A stretch of DNA of 61,438 bases, the filler included. It is 9 parts of 9 records of this genome, joined end to end, with 100 filler letters (N's around TTAATTAATTAA, not from the genome) between each part and the next. Parts side by side here need not be neighbours in the genome. Positions count along the whole stretch, not along the records: positions 4,605 to 13,614 come from SRR15195285_106; positions 13,715 to 19,731 come from SRR15195285_110; positions 19,832 to 23,911 come from SRR15195285_111; 6 more parts are not named here. One strand, written 5' to 3'. The translations under genes and the position numbers were made by a program. Under the pieces are notes generated by a model. It saw only the letters and a list, made by a program, of their open reading frames with translations, was not told where the DNA came from and ran no database searches. Positions 11,501 to 24,011 of this stretch are shown here, one piece after another (the stretch's first letter is position 1; each line of letters starts with the position of its first letter).

Positions 11501-13408
11501 GCTTGAAAAGGAAGAGCATTCCGGTCATACGGCGCGGGAACGACGATGCGCTCAATCCTCTTGTTGTTGACGATCGGCTTCACTCCTGCATCGCTCCCAT
11601 GGTACATGAGCTTCTCTAGCGTTTGCACTGCAGGTGGCCCGCTACGCGCCCCTCGTCTGTGGGCATTCAATCCACCGGCGCTCTTATCCTTGTCCTCTTG
11701 CTCAGCGCGCGTGCTAGTTGCTGTTGTGGCAGGGCGGACATCCTTTTGCTGCTGATCTGCTCCCCCAGGATGCTGAGAGGCAGCCGTTGTAGGTACACCA
11801 GCCGTGTCGACCGGCGGTGGCGCCAAAGAACCAGTTTCCGGAGCCGTGACGGGACGCGAGCCCCCGGGTCTCTGTGCCGTGGCCGCGCTGCTTGCGCCAA
11901 TGCTACCAGCCTCACCAGCAGACACCGTGGGTCGTTCCACGACCCGAATCGGTCCTATGGGTTCCTCCTCCTCTATCTCAATATCTTCTTCTTCGTCGTC
12001 CTCGCCCGCTGCCGTTGCCGCTGCCACACGATCCGCTGTTCCTTCCGAGTCACCTTCAGCCACCGCCGATTCCACCCGAGCCATTTCGCTATTTCTATCT
12101 GCTGCTTCGCCGTGGTTTTCACCTGGCAACTCTCCTCCGCCGCCTGCCTCTGTTTTGCCAGCCGTCTTCTCTTCGGGAGCCCCGTCACTGAAGTTGAGCT
12201 CAACGTCAGGCCCCGCAAGCTGAACATCTTCCGCCGCGGGTTCTGGTGTCGTTGCCCCCGCGTCATTGTCGTAGCCTCCATCGTCACCTTCTTGCGCCCT
12301 CGCGACCTCCTTGGCGAGGTTGCTGTTGGCTGCACGGGAGAGTCTCAGCACGTCTACCGCGCCACTGCCGCCACCTCTGGTGCCACGACTGCGGCTCTCG
12401 AGCTGCGCCGCCACCGCCGCCGCCTCGTCATCCTCCGCAGCCTGCTCGCGGCGCAGAGCGTCCAGCTCGCTGTCGAAGCGTGGTTGGCCCGGCAGCCGCA
12501 CGGGCGCTGGCGCCCTGCGCTCCCCGCCGTTCCAGAACGGACAGCTCAAAAGCTCTGACCATGTCATGCGACGAAAGCGGTCCTTGCTAAGCAGCTGTTG
12601 CAGCAGCTCGTTGAACTCCTGCGAGCTCCCGGCAATGGGTGGAAAGTCGCTGTTCAGGATCTGGTCCATGAGATCGCGGAAGCTGGTCGACACGAACGGC
12701 GGGCGACCCGCCGCCATCTCGTACAATACACAGCCGAGCGCCCAGAAATCCGAGGCGAAGCTGTGATACCCGTCGTCGCGAAAGAGCTCCGGCGCCATGT
12801 AGCACGGCGTGCCGCGCTTGGACTGTTCGCCGGCGTGGCCTCCGATGTCGCCCAGCAGCTGCGACAGGCCAAAGTCTGAGAACTTGAGCGTGCCGTCCTC
12901 ATCCAGCAGGATGTTTGACGGCTTCAGGTCGCAGCACACCACGCTCTTGGAGTGGATGTACTGCAACCCGTCCATCAGATCGTAGCCGAAGTGGCAGATC
13001 GCAGCCTCCGGCAGCTTCGTGTCCTGCAGCAGCACGTTGAGCAGGTCGCCGCCGGTGCAGTACTCCATGATCAGCCAAATGTGGTTCTTCGTCTCGTACC
13101 ACGTGTGGAACTTCAGCACGTTGCGGTGGTGCAGCGAGTTCAGCACCATCACCTCGTTCAGCACCTTCCCACGGCTCACCTGGCGCCCCAACAAAAAGCG
13201 CCGCAGCGCCCAGTCAGCCCCGACCACGCGACCCTCCCGTAAACCATGAATGGGGAGTGGGCGGTGCTGTGGGAGCAGGGCGGGCGAGTGTGCTACATTG
13301 GCTCACCTTATCCACGCTCTTAATCGCGCAGAACTCCACGCACTTCTTCTTCCGGCAGCGGTAGACCACGCTGTGCTTGCCCTTCCCGATCTCCTCATAA
13401 AAATGGTA
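8529..13408 (-). CDS. ULK4: ULK4/RUNKEL-like Ser/Thr kinase with ARM/HEAT repeats, 5'-partial, >1410 aa
   Basis: Exons 13408-13307, 13179-10090, 9921-9694, 9556-9076, 8986-8850, 8723-8529. YHFYEEIGKGKHSVVYRCRKKK, WYETKNHIWLIMEYCTGGDL, CDLKPSNILLD, KRGTPCYMAPELF, VKPIVNNKRIE, GLLIRHATYI, DEDPIPLYALKLL are ULK4/RUK hallmarks. Start exon not found. Confidence 0.92.
10026..10073. repeat. Intronic (GACA/GACG)n microsatellite
   Basis: gacagacagacagccggacagacagacggacagacgg... inside ULK4 intron. Confidence 0.85.
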
Positions 13409-13589
13409 CTGCCAGACAGACAGCGCCCATACAGATGAACACGCCGCTCCATTCGCAAGCCGAGCAACAGCGGGCGCAGACCGACACAGCAACGGCGCGG
13501 CCATCCACACCCACGGCAAGCGGCAAACGCCCCCAGAGAAAACAACAACCAAGCATCCAACAACAAAAGCAAAGGTGTACAGCCGCGTG

Positions 13590-13614
13590 TCTCTCTCTCT
13601 CTCTCTCTCTCTCT
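13590..13614. repeat. (CT)n microsatellite at contig end
   Basis: Direct observation; assembly breaks here. Confidence 0.9.
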
Positions 13615-13714
13615 NNNNNNNNNNNNNNNNNNNNNNNNNNNNNNNNNNNNNNNNNNNNTTAATTAATTAANNNNNNNNNNNNNNNNNNNNNNNNNNNNNN
13701 NNNNNNNNNNNNNN
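13615..13714. other. Artificial contig spacer
   Basis: N44-TTAATTAATTAA-N44. Confidence 0.99.
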
Positions 13715-16700
13715 CAAGAGCAAGAGCAAGAGCAAGAGCAAGAGGAAGAACTTGACGAAGTGGGGGAGGAAGAGGAGGACGTGAAATACTGGAGTTGGAA
13801 TCGTGCAGAGAACACCGACACAGACATTCCACAATCATCGCAAGAGGCACCTGGAAGCACCACACGCAATAGAAACCAAACCTTGATGCTATCGACAAGC
13901 ACCGTCACAGGAATGACGTTAGACTCAGGGACGACTCTGGTAGTTGACGAAGTGATTGAAAACGCCCGCAACACGCATTATATGTATGATGGCGAAAGTG
14001 CACACGATGTGCATACTCATTACTCTGCTGATGCACTCCTTCCGCAAGAGCGTGACGAATGGAGTGATGTGCACGGGCGTCCGCTAGCGCCACCAAATGA
14101 CGACACAGACGCACCAGAAAGTTGGGTCTGGTTAACGGTATGGACGATTGACAAATGTGAGAGCGCCACTGACGACGATGGTTGGCAGTATTGCCATAAG
14201 TGGTCTCTGTGGCCGTCGCTTTGGCACGCCAATGGGCATGACGGCGCTGACAACGTTAGGCGCCGGCGGTGGTATCGTCTACGTCAGTGTACGCTTTGGC
14301 GTAAAGACCCAGCCCCACAGAATTTACAGCGTGATGCACTAGACCTGCACCGGCGCCGCTCCCGACGTAAAGAGCGCGGCGCCCGCATGCTGGAGCGGGT
14401 AGAAAGCGAAATGCGCGAGGTCGCAAAAGCTGCCGTGAGGGAAAGGATGGAAGAAACTATTGATATCTCGGCCATTGACGGGCACGAAGACCAGCCGGAC
14501 TACGTCCTCGCTACACTCGAAACCTCACCCGAGGAGCTCAGGATGCGGGATGCTGATGCTCTCGACGACAGCTGTTTCGCAGAGGCTGTTGCTGATGAGG
14601 GGATGCTCATCCAAATCTACATTAAGTGCGTAGCATGTCTAGTTGGTGGACGGCTGCAGAATCCCGACGAACGCGTGCCCGCGGTTCTAACCGAGAACGG
14701 ATGTCTCATACTGAAGAACGCGTTGATCAGTGAAAGTCTTCAAGATGACCTGCGAGACTCAGATTTGCTCCAGGAGGGTATTGTCCGAAGTCTGGCACAA
14801 GAGGCAGAACTGCAGCGCCAACTAGGCCAGCTGGACAACCACCTCTATTATACGCCTGATGCTTTTCTCACAGAGGGTGCAGGTGCCGGGAAACCATTTG
14901 CGGCTTGGAAGTTGGGAGAACAGATGCGGCTTGAGCGATTGCTAGCGAACTATCAGAGTCGGGACTTGTTTCAGGGGCAGATTATCTTTCGATGCCATGC
15001 AGCATCGGGCCTCCAAAAAGGCCAGCATGTGGCGTGCCGCGTTCGAATTGGTCCACATTGGGAATGTCAAACCCAAGTTGTCACGGTGGACGCAGAAGGA
15101 GTCGCGACTTGGGACACTGATCTCGTGTGTGAGTTGGACGGTGATCCGGCACTCATGGGAACGATCCAACATCTGGATGATGGCACCGAAAAAGCTTTTC
15201 CTGACTGTGTAATTTTCGAAGTGATGCGGACGGGGGGTCCACACCACCATGGTGATCCAAATGTTGTTGCTGGATCATCGCGACATGACAATACCCGGCA
15301 GCTGTGGTGTCCTGCACCACATTTCCGACCAGTAGATGTCGAAGTGGAATGTGGTTGGAAAACAGCACACGGCCACACGAAACACGGTACAGACAAAGAA
15401 TCGCATGCGTTCCTCTCTGTTCAGGTCCAGTACAGCTTTCGGGCAAACGAAATCAATGCAACCGCAGCAAACAAGTCAGAAGATCCCCATAAAGAATTTC
15501 GCATGCTGAGTAGAAGATTGGGCGAGTGCCTCGAAGATGAATCAACTCCAACTAGTGCTAACGCTGGTTTCACGTGGCTTCTGGATGTGTATGCTGAGTA
15601 CTACGGGATTGGCTCAGTATACAGAAGATTATTCGAGTTGCGGGTAAGTCGGCCACATTTTGTGTTGCTCGGCGCTTAGTGATTCACTACATGTATGTGA
15701 CTGGATTGCTCAGGTACACCTTGCGCGTTTTGGGCTCAATGCTACCAGTTGTGTCAGCGTCAACATCGATATCCAGCGACTACAGCAGGAAAACGCAGAA
15801 ATCTCTCAGCAGCACTGGACCGAAGGAGAGAGCGAGATGTTCGCCGAGTGTGTTGCCCATGTTGAATCTTTGCTCTGTGATAGCTTCACGACTATCAATG
15901 CTTCGTTTGACAACGCCGTAGACCTCGAATGCGCTGTGAGCTTGTATCGAACCATCGCGTTTGGTCGTCACGATGTATTCGAGGAAGTGCTATACGAACT
16001 GTTGATTACTGGAGTTGACAGGGTGATAGACGGGGTTCTCTGTTTTATGCACGTCACTGCGCACTCACTACACACGCTCCTGCGAGTCGTTGAGTACGAT
16101 ATGAACGAGTTTGACACCACGTTTCGTGACGGCCTCCCAGAGGATATCCCGGAGCGAGTTATGCGGTACATGCTTGAACGGTGTCGCTCTGCGCTTCTAG
16201 ACACCCAAGCTTGTGTTGGACATGACTGGGAGGATGCTCTGGCTGCTTACTATGCGCTGTTGGAGCTCATCGAAACTGCGCAGCACCTTCTACAGCAACC
16301 GTGGCTAAATGATATCGATTTACAGAGCTTCTTTGCCCCAACGTTTGAGGCTTTTGTAGTCAACAACCAGGCACGACTGTGTGAATGGGCGTCGCAGGCG
16401 GTTGTGCAGGACACATGGGAGGCAATTGACGACACCAACTTGCACTCCAGTTCGGTGAACGACTTAGTCCAATTTCTTCTCGCGTGCAGCGGAGACTTTG
16501 AAAGCATGACAAGCTTGGAAAGCGAAGCCAAAGTTCTGACCACCGTTATGATTCACTACTGCGAAAGAGTGGCTGAGAGATGTGAAGAGGTCCTTGGAAT
16601 TCGAAAGCACGGACAATCTCGATCCCGCTCAAAATCACTTCGTTTAAAAGCAAAGGAGAAGGTTGCAGCGCAAGCCCATGTTATCGTACACGATCAGAAA

Positions 16701-19262
16701 ACGAACGAGATTGCCGAACCGGAACACGAGTTTCATCTGGTTGCTTTATGCGTAGGAATAAACAATATCTACATGCTGGGAGAAACTCATGCACGTGAGT
16801 TTAGCATAGAGCCGACGCGCATTATGGCCTCGCTGGCTGTTCAAGATGTCGCCGACGCGGCGGATGATGTCGACACTATCGTTGCTGAAACCTTTCTACA
16901 AACACACGGCGCAATTCGAAAGGTCTGGTGTTCCATACTCAACTCTCTCGTGGACGCACAAATCTCTGAAATGGAGAACATACTAGTCGACATATCTGAA
17001 GAAACAAAGACAGAGGTGTGGGATGCAATCACATCTCTCGTCGGGGACTTTCTTGAGGTGGTTTGCGATTCTCTTTACGAAAAAGCATTCCACCGGCTGC
17101 TTAGACAGCTATGTTGCGGAAGCTTTGCAATGCTGGAACGTGCTCTTTGCGGTAGACTGAAGTTTTCGCATGCACCAATCAGCGGAGATGAGTTGAGTAG
17201 CCTGATAAAGGGCCTTGCGGACAATCTTAGTGAGATGTATTCAGCTGGCTTCTCTTCCGAACAGCTGTGAGTTCACCGTGCAACTCTGTCATTTGTTGTC
17301 ACATGTTGGGGGTTTAGCTTGCTTTTCATTCTCGTTCTGTAGGGCACAAGTCGCCCTGAACTCGAACAAGTTCATCAAATACCATGCCCTGCCAACTGAC
17401 ACGCTTATACAGCTCTACCAAGCAAATGCAGAGCATGCTGGTGTGCAAACCGTCTCATCAGAAGATATGTCTGAAACACGCCGGCTAGTGTCAGACCAGC
17501 AGAATATGCTCGTGACCGTGCTGCAGATGCGTGCGGACGCGGGTGAAACCAAATCTCCTGCAGGTGGCCACAGATCTAGCACGGATGAGGAGGGATATCA
17601 GCTGGCATGCGAGTTCCTGTCTTCCCTGGGCACCGCAGCGTTTGGTTCGGCGCCGCCGAGACTTGGTTTACCTGCGGATGAGAGATTGATTGCGACTGCC
17701 AGTTGTCGGAGAGACGGAGCTTTTGGGACGCTGGTAAGCTTGCAGCTGCTCAATGCACCCTGTTGCACGCTTTGCCGTTGCGTAACCGGTGATTCGGTTT
17801 GCCTGCGGCAGTATGTTTGCACATCTGTTGTCTGCTTTGAGCCGCTCGAGCACACAGGCGCAGACGGTGAGCGCATATGGCAGGTCACACTCGGAGATTT
17901 GACAATGGCTCGCAAGGAGCAAAGCACAGCTGGACTGGGTCATCACACCTACCGCTCACAACGTCGGGCAGCCGAGCTGCATTTAAGCACGGGGTCAGAA
18001 GATGGCGTGGCCTGTTTCTCTAATTTCGATGATATTGGAGCTCGTGATGACACTCTGGCAAGAATTCGTGAGCTGGCGACAGGCTTTGGTGCTTCCTTCG
18101 AAGGTCATGCGGTAAGTGCGCCCTTGACAAGCTAGGTACATACCAAGTCGCTGCGTCACTAACACGAGCACTCGCTCGCTCACTGGCACAGACGAACTAT
18201 GAGTTGAGCATCGTCACGTCGAGAGGAGAAGATGACGGCTTGTCACCATCTTCGACAGCAATAGTGATTCAGCTGACGGGAGACGCAGCGTCCAGTGAAG
18301 AGATTCTATGCCGAAGTCCGAACCGAGAATCGGTCCGCCCAGGCGCGACGCTGAAACTGCACCACGAGCGCCGAGCTTCTGAAGAACCGTTTGGTGAACT
18401 TGTATGCATTCCTTCAAAACAGCATACAGCGTTCACGCTACGACCAAAGGATGCATGAGATGCACCGTCGCCGGCTGCGTGGTTTTGTTCCACCTGCCAG
18501 TGTTTCTAAGAAGATTTGTGTACGATATTGCAGGTAAAAATGCGGGTGCATCTGAAGCCACCGTCGAAGACGTCTGTCGCTGCTGTCTTGCAGCACCACG
18601 TGCATTGGAACATTTCTGAGATCCGCGTCGTCAACACTACCGACGGTACCATGTCGCGTTTTGTGGGAACGTCAGGGTCGACGAGTCTCAGCGCAGACCC
18701 GGTAAATCTCTGGTCCAGCTCCGGCGACGACCCCGAGGCAGCGTCTGCCTGTGTCGTGACGACAGTGGTTGAAGAGCTATGGGAAAATCAACGTCGACGG
18801 AAGCCTTTTGGAGAGTACTCTGCTGCAGAGCTTTTTCCATCAGACCCGCCTGCGTTCTCTGACACTACTGGGGTGGCGAGATACAAGTCGAGTGTGACGC
18901 TGCCCACAGCTGAAGCAGCAGGGATCAGGTGGACCTGGCTGGACGAGTGGAGTGTGAGCTAACTGCATATCCGACTTGCGCAGCACCTTTGCCAGTAGTG
19001 GTGTTTGTTGGCGCCAACGTTGTGTGGTGACTGTTTCGGCTGCACCGGCCATTGTTGCACCTTGCAGGTCGAGGCGACGAGGGAGACGGACGAGTCGGGC
19101 TGGCGATATGCCACTCGATGGGGCTCCAGTTGGCAAGACCACAAAACGAAAAAGAGCTTCGTGCGGCGAAGGAAGTGGTTCAGAGTGAGAAAGTCCACGC
19201 CGGCTGGAGAAGAGGCCGCGCTAGAGGAGGGCGTGCCGCCAGACGAGGGCCTAGCGAGCTGA
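13715..19262 (+). CDS. Munc13/Unc13-like MUN-domain protein (DysF-C2-MHD1/MHD2-GRAM-PLAT-DysF), 5'-partial, >=1665 aa, 7 exons
   Basis: Exons 13715-15643, 15714-17266, 17343-17733, 17812-18111, 18192-18401, 18534-18953, 19068-19262 all join in frame. DysF: WTIDKCESATDDDGWQY...VRRRRWYRLRQ and TDESGWRY...FVRRRKWFRVRK; MHD1: EWASQAVVQDTWEAID...HSSSVNDL, LCVGINNI; MHD2: DSLYEKAFHRLLRQL, ALPTDTLIQLY; GRAM: LGLPADERLIATASC...GTLYVCTSVVCF; PLAT: YELSIVTS...IQLTGD...FGELVKMRV...WNISEIRV. Confidence 0.72.
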
Positions 19263-19731
19263 GCTCAATGATTTTGCTCAATGCCCGGTGCATTGGTGGG
19301 GGCGGGGGCGGGGGCAGGATTTGGCAAGCAGATGGCCCGCCTACACGCCACGTCACACCCGCTAGACGTGATTGTCCCACTGACAACAATGTAACAATTG
19401 TGCAATTTTTTTTAAAAAGGTGTAGAATATTGGCGCGGGGGTTCTTGCGTGGGTGGCCCTGGGCCAGGTAAGTGTGGGAAGTGTGCTTCGCCAGCACGGG
19501 TTAGGTGCGGATGGTCGTTGAGCTCGACACAGCGGACGGAGCAGCGTGGAGGGCACGGTACAACGCACCCAAGCTCGCAGACGCCAAGGTCGCTGTAGGC
19601 GATCCGAGCCGTGGGTTAGCGGTCAGCGACCATGAGGGCGTCACGCAGCTGTACCACATGCAGCATTACTTGACCTGCTGCCTCCCAACCCCCCCTATAA
19701 TAAGACATCACCGTCGGCAGTTCATGTGATG

Positions 19732-19831
19732 NNNNNNNNNNNNNNNNNNNNNNNNNNNNNNNNNNNNNNNNNNNNTTAATTAATTAANNNNNNNNNNNNN
19801 NNNNNNNNNNNNNNNNNNNNNNNNNNNNNNN
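19732..19831. other. Artificial contig spacer
   Basis: N44-TTAATTAATTAA-N44. Confidence 0.99.
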
Positions 19832-20152
19832 GCCAACCTGGGCACTGCTACCGACACTCGGTCTTTCTGTCTTGTGGTCTCTGGTCTGTGATCAGTACCA
19901 CACTCGTACTCCCGGTACTGGTACTGCTGTCTGGGTCTTTTTGGTTCAATCCCTCCAGTGGCCACTGCACCGCTGTTCACCTCGACACAATCCTATGAAA
20001 ATTACAGTCTGTAGAGAAAAGAAAATGGCCTCGCCGCTGCCTCCCTCTGCGCGATGACCCCGCGCGGCAGCAGGCGCGAATCGCGCGGTGCGGCAGCTAT
20101 ACACCCAGAGCGATAGAGCGAGCGCGCACAAAAACCAAGTTAGCTTTTTGCC

Positions 20153-21577
20153 ATGGACGCGATCAAGAACATGCTGGGAATGGGCGGCGATGCCGGTCCG
20201 GGGCGCGTGACCACCGCCCCCTGGGGCTCGTTCAACGGGACGGACGCGCAACTGTACACGATCACGAACGGTGGCATCACCGCTGCGGTCACCGACCTGG
20301 GCGCGACGCTCGTGCAGCTCCTTCTGCCAGACAAGAACGGGGAGGTGCGCCCGCCCCGCCCCGGCCCTACGGAGCCTGTACTACGGCAGCGTGCTCGCTC
20401 ATTGCGTGGCGGCATCTGCTCCGCATGCGCGTAGGTCGCCGACTGCGTCCTCGGCTTCGACAGCGCCAACGTGAGATCCGCACCCTCGCTTGCGCTCCCC
20501 GCCACCAGCTCCCCAGGTGCCCTACCGCGACAGTAGCTGATCCGCGCTCGCTGCGAATGCAGTCCAACGACGAGGAGGACAATCGCGGTCCGTACTTCGG
20601 CGCGTCCGTGGGCCGTGTCGCGAACCGCACTGCTCTGGTACGCGCCGGGATCGTATGCTGCGCGCGTGCTCTCTTCGCCCGCCTGCAAGCCGCTGACAAC
20701 GTTCACGCCGATTGGTCTTCAGGGCAAATTCACCGTTGACGGGCAGGAGTACAGCCTCGCAATCAACAACGGCCCCAACTCGCTGCACGGCGGCATCGAG
20801 GGCTTCAGCTGGCAGTTTTGGACCGCCACCGTCATCGACGTCGAGGGCGCGCCGCCATCCGTCCGCTTTGAGTACACGTCGGCAGACATGGAAGAGGGCT
20901 TTCCGGGCGAGTGCGTCGCCACGGTGGTGTACACTGTCAGCGACCTAGGCGAGCTTACGGTGGCAATGGAGGCAACCGTCAGCAAAACGTGCCCCGTGAA
21001 CTTCGCCAACCATTCCTATTTCAACCTCGGCGGCCACAGCTCTGGCGATGTCCTGGGCACAAAGCTCCACCTCAACTGCGACCGCTACACGCCTACAGAC
21101 GACACACAGATCCCCACTGGAGAGATTCGGCCAGTGGCGGGCTCGCCATTTGACTTCACTGCTCCGCTCGCAGACGCGCACACCCTCGGCGAGCGGATTG
21201 ACAACGTGGCAGAGGCCGATGGCTTCGATGCCTGCCAAGGCTACGACCACAACTTTGTCATTAACACCGGAGGCATCGGAGGCAACCCGGCCGCCCTGTC
21301 CCTGGCCGCAGAGGCGACGGACACTGCCTCAGGCCGCACCATGGCCCTGTACACCAACGCCCCGGGTGTCCAGCTCTACACCGGTAACTTCATTGAGGGA
21401 GTCCCGGGCAAAGACGGTGCCACGTACGACAAACACGCGGGCTTCGCGCTGGAAACACAGCACTTCCCGAACTCGGTCAACACGCCAAGCTTCCCCTCCG
21501 TTCTGCTGTCGCCTGGCGAAGTGTACTCGCACACCATGCACTACCGCTTTGGTGGAGGCCCAGCTGCCAAGCTTTAG
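20153..21577 (+). CDS. galM: Aldose 1-epimerase (galactose mutarotase), ~385 aa, 4 exons
   Basis: Exons 20153-20344, 20435-20470, 20563-20637, 20723-21577. DCVLGFD, PYFGASVGRVANR, NNGPNSLHGG, NHSYFNLGG, GYDHNF, PGVQLYTGNF, FALETQHFPNSVN. Confidence 0.95.
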
Positions 21578-21686
21578 AGACAAGCTGGGGCACAAGTGTA
21601 GTAGCGAGGACTCAGTTGCATCAAGAAAAACTTCATTCGAATTGAAAGGGCCCTCGCCTCGTTCTCCTAGCTTCGGCTCAGATGCG

Positions 21687-23691
21687 CTACAAGCTGCTGC
21701 CGCCACCCTGCACCTCAAACGCTCCTGGGCCTGGTACCATGGGAAAGAAGACTGAAGTCTTCGCTGGGCCTGGAAACGCACTGCTGTATGCCGCCTTCCA
21801 CTTCGCGATGAACCCATCCACATCCTCATCCTTCACGAGAGCCCACACGGAGCCACCTGCAAGGAGACATGTGTGAGAAGCCCTCGAGTCGATCAATCCA
21901 GACGCGGCAAGGAAGATGAAGCAGCGTGTCGGCCGAAAGCGGTCAAATATCTTGCTTGCCTAGTGGATTGTGCAACACACGAAAACTGCTTGGCGCGGCT
22001 GAGGAGACGGGTTGCAGTGAACTCACCGAAACCAGCGCCGAATGCAGACGCCGCTATTGCGCCGCACTCAGCCGCCGTCGATGCCAGGAAGACCGTCTCG
22101 TCTACTTGGTTCTGCAAATGGGTGGTCGTCAGCTCTTGGGAGCGCTCAACCGCCGCTGCCGAGCATCAAAGTATCCACGATTTGTCATGGTGGCGTCGCC
22201 CATATGCCGAACACTCGTAGTCAGAGAGACGAAACCCAACGAAATGAAAGCATTATTGGCAAGCTACTAGATCAGTGCTCAAGCAAATCGGGCGACTGAC
22301 GCACCCTTAAATGCCGGCCAGTCAGAAGCCTGCAGTGAAGTTGCCACCTGTTGTACCAGCTCTTCTGACTCAGCGAAGAATTGATCAAAGCGTACCAACA
22401 GCTGCTTCTCAGTGAAGGCCGCCTTGCCCCCGCTGGCGAAGTGCTTCTTGATTGCTGCGCGGACCTGGTCCGCATCGTTTGACACAGCGGCACACACGGC
22501 AGCAAGGTGCGGATAGTCGGTGCCTACGCACAGTCACATCCAATTAGCACTGCTTTGGACCACCGTTGAAAGGCTTTGTCATCAGCAACTGTCCCGAGAG
22601 AGAGAGAGAGAGAGAGAGACTCGGAGGGTTCTGATCTTACCTGTCACAGTGCAGTAGACTTTTGCAGCCTCCTTGGCCAGCAATGAAGCATCGTTGTAGT
22701 CAGCCATCTTGTCGCCGGTCTTTTCTGCTACCTGACCTGATACACCAATCACAAACTTGACGCCCTTGGGCCATGTCACCACCCCTTCGCTCCGTGTTGG
22801 ACAATAAGAGAACAAGTTCAACTTTCCAGCATTGCACGACATGATCGCAGTGTGATCCTCAGAACCACCGAACGTGCCCACACCCTTGTCACCGACAAGA
22901 CCTTTGAAGTTCTGGCCATTCTCGTTGCAGCCCAGGTATTCCCAGAGCTCCTCTTCTGACGTGATGTTGGCCTTGAACTCAGGCCGCGCGCGGAGATTGT
23001 TGCGGCCGTTTACAGCGAGGAAGACGGCGCAGATGATTGCGGACGATGTGGACATGCCGGATGCGGCTGGAATGTCGCAGGCGATGGAGCAGTCAACACC
23101 CAGCAGGCCCGGGAAGTTGGCGGAGAGCCGACGGAGCGCAGTGGCAGGATAGTTTGTCCAGTGACCGCCCTGCTTGGGCTCGAGTGTCGCCGACATTGGC
23201 AGCGTGACGTCACCTCCCGGTTGGGCAGTGCTGAAGAAGCGGCACTGCGCGTCATCGCGATCCACTGTAACGACACAGAACGCCTTGCTGATCGCCGCCA
23301 GCAGGCTGCGCCCGCCAGCGTAGTCGGTGTGCTTGCCCATGACCTCGACTCGGCCAGGGACGAAGTACGCCTTGGCTGCCGTGCCAACGTCGGTGCCAGC
23401 CGCGACCAGGACATCAGCGGCCTCCGCGAAGAGTGCAGCTTTTTCACTCGCGGTTTGCTACGCGTAGCCACAGGTCATTAGTCGATGGATCACACTATGA
23501 GAACTGCGGTAGCTTCTACGCACCGGGTCAAGCCCCTGGTCCGCCAAAAGCTTCACGAGACTTGGGTCCTTGAGCGCCGCGAGCGTCAGCCCAGCCGCCT
23601 TCGAGGTGCTGCTCGTCGGTGACATGCACAGTGCGATCCCGCCTGCAGCGAGCCCACCAGCAACCATCAGCCGCGCTGCGGTTGAGTCCAT
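21687..23691 (-). CDS. galK: Galactokinase-like GHMP sugar kinase (divergent subfamily), ~500 aa, 5 exons
   Basis: Exons 23691-23524, 23457-22641, 22523-22305, 22155-22027, 21856-21687. PGRVEVMGKHTDYAGG, IPAASGMSTSSA (ATP loop), GVGTFGGSEDH, SAFGAGFGGSVWALV; hydrophobic N-terminal extension. Confidence 0.85.
22596..22619. repeat. Intronic (GA)n microsatellite
   Basis: Direct observation in galK intron 2. Confidence 0.9.
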
Positions 23692-23911
23692 AGCAGGATC
23701 TCCTGCGTGTACCCGCCTGTCCCTGCGTGTCTGCGCCTCCGGCACAGGCGTTCTGGTACGCAAACAGGCGTTCTGGCGAGCAGCAGCAGGCGGGGTCGGT
23801 GCGGAGCCGCAGGCGCCAGGCGGGCGGTGCGACGTCGACATGGACATGCACGATGCATTTTGGTTCAGTGGCCGTCGTACAGTCAAGACTCACCAGCGGG
23901 ATTCCGACCTC

Positions 23912-24011
23912 NNNNNNNNNNNNNNNNNNNNNNNNNNNNNNNNNNNNNNNNNNNNTTAATTAATTAANNNNNNNNNNNNNNNNNNNNNNNNNNNNNNNNN
24001 NNNNNNNNNNN
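23912..24011. other. Artificial contig spacer
   Basis: N44-TTAATTAATTAA-N44. Confidence 0.99.

Noticed and set aside
19505-19729. 74-aa ORF at the end of contig 3
   Set aside because: No ATG start, no recognisable motif, too short to support.
20471-20562. Possible micro-exon in galM intron 2
   Set aside because: An internal AG exists but no in-phase donor; unresolved without RNA data.
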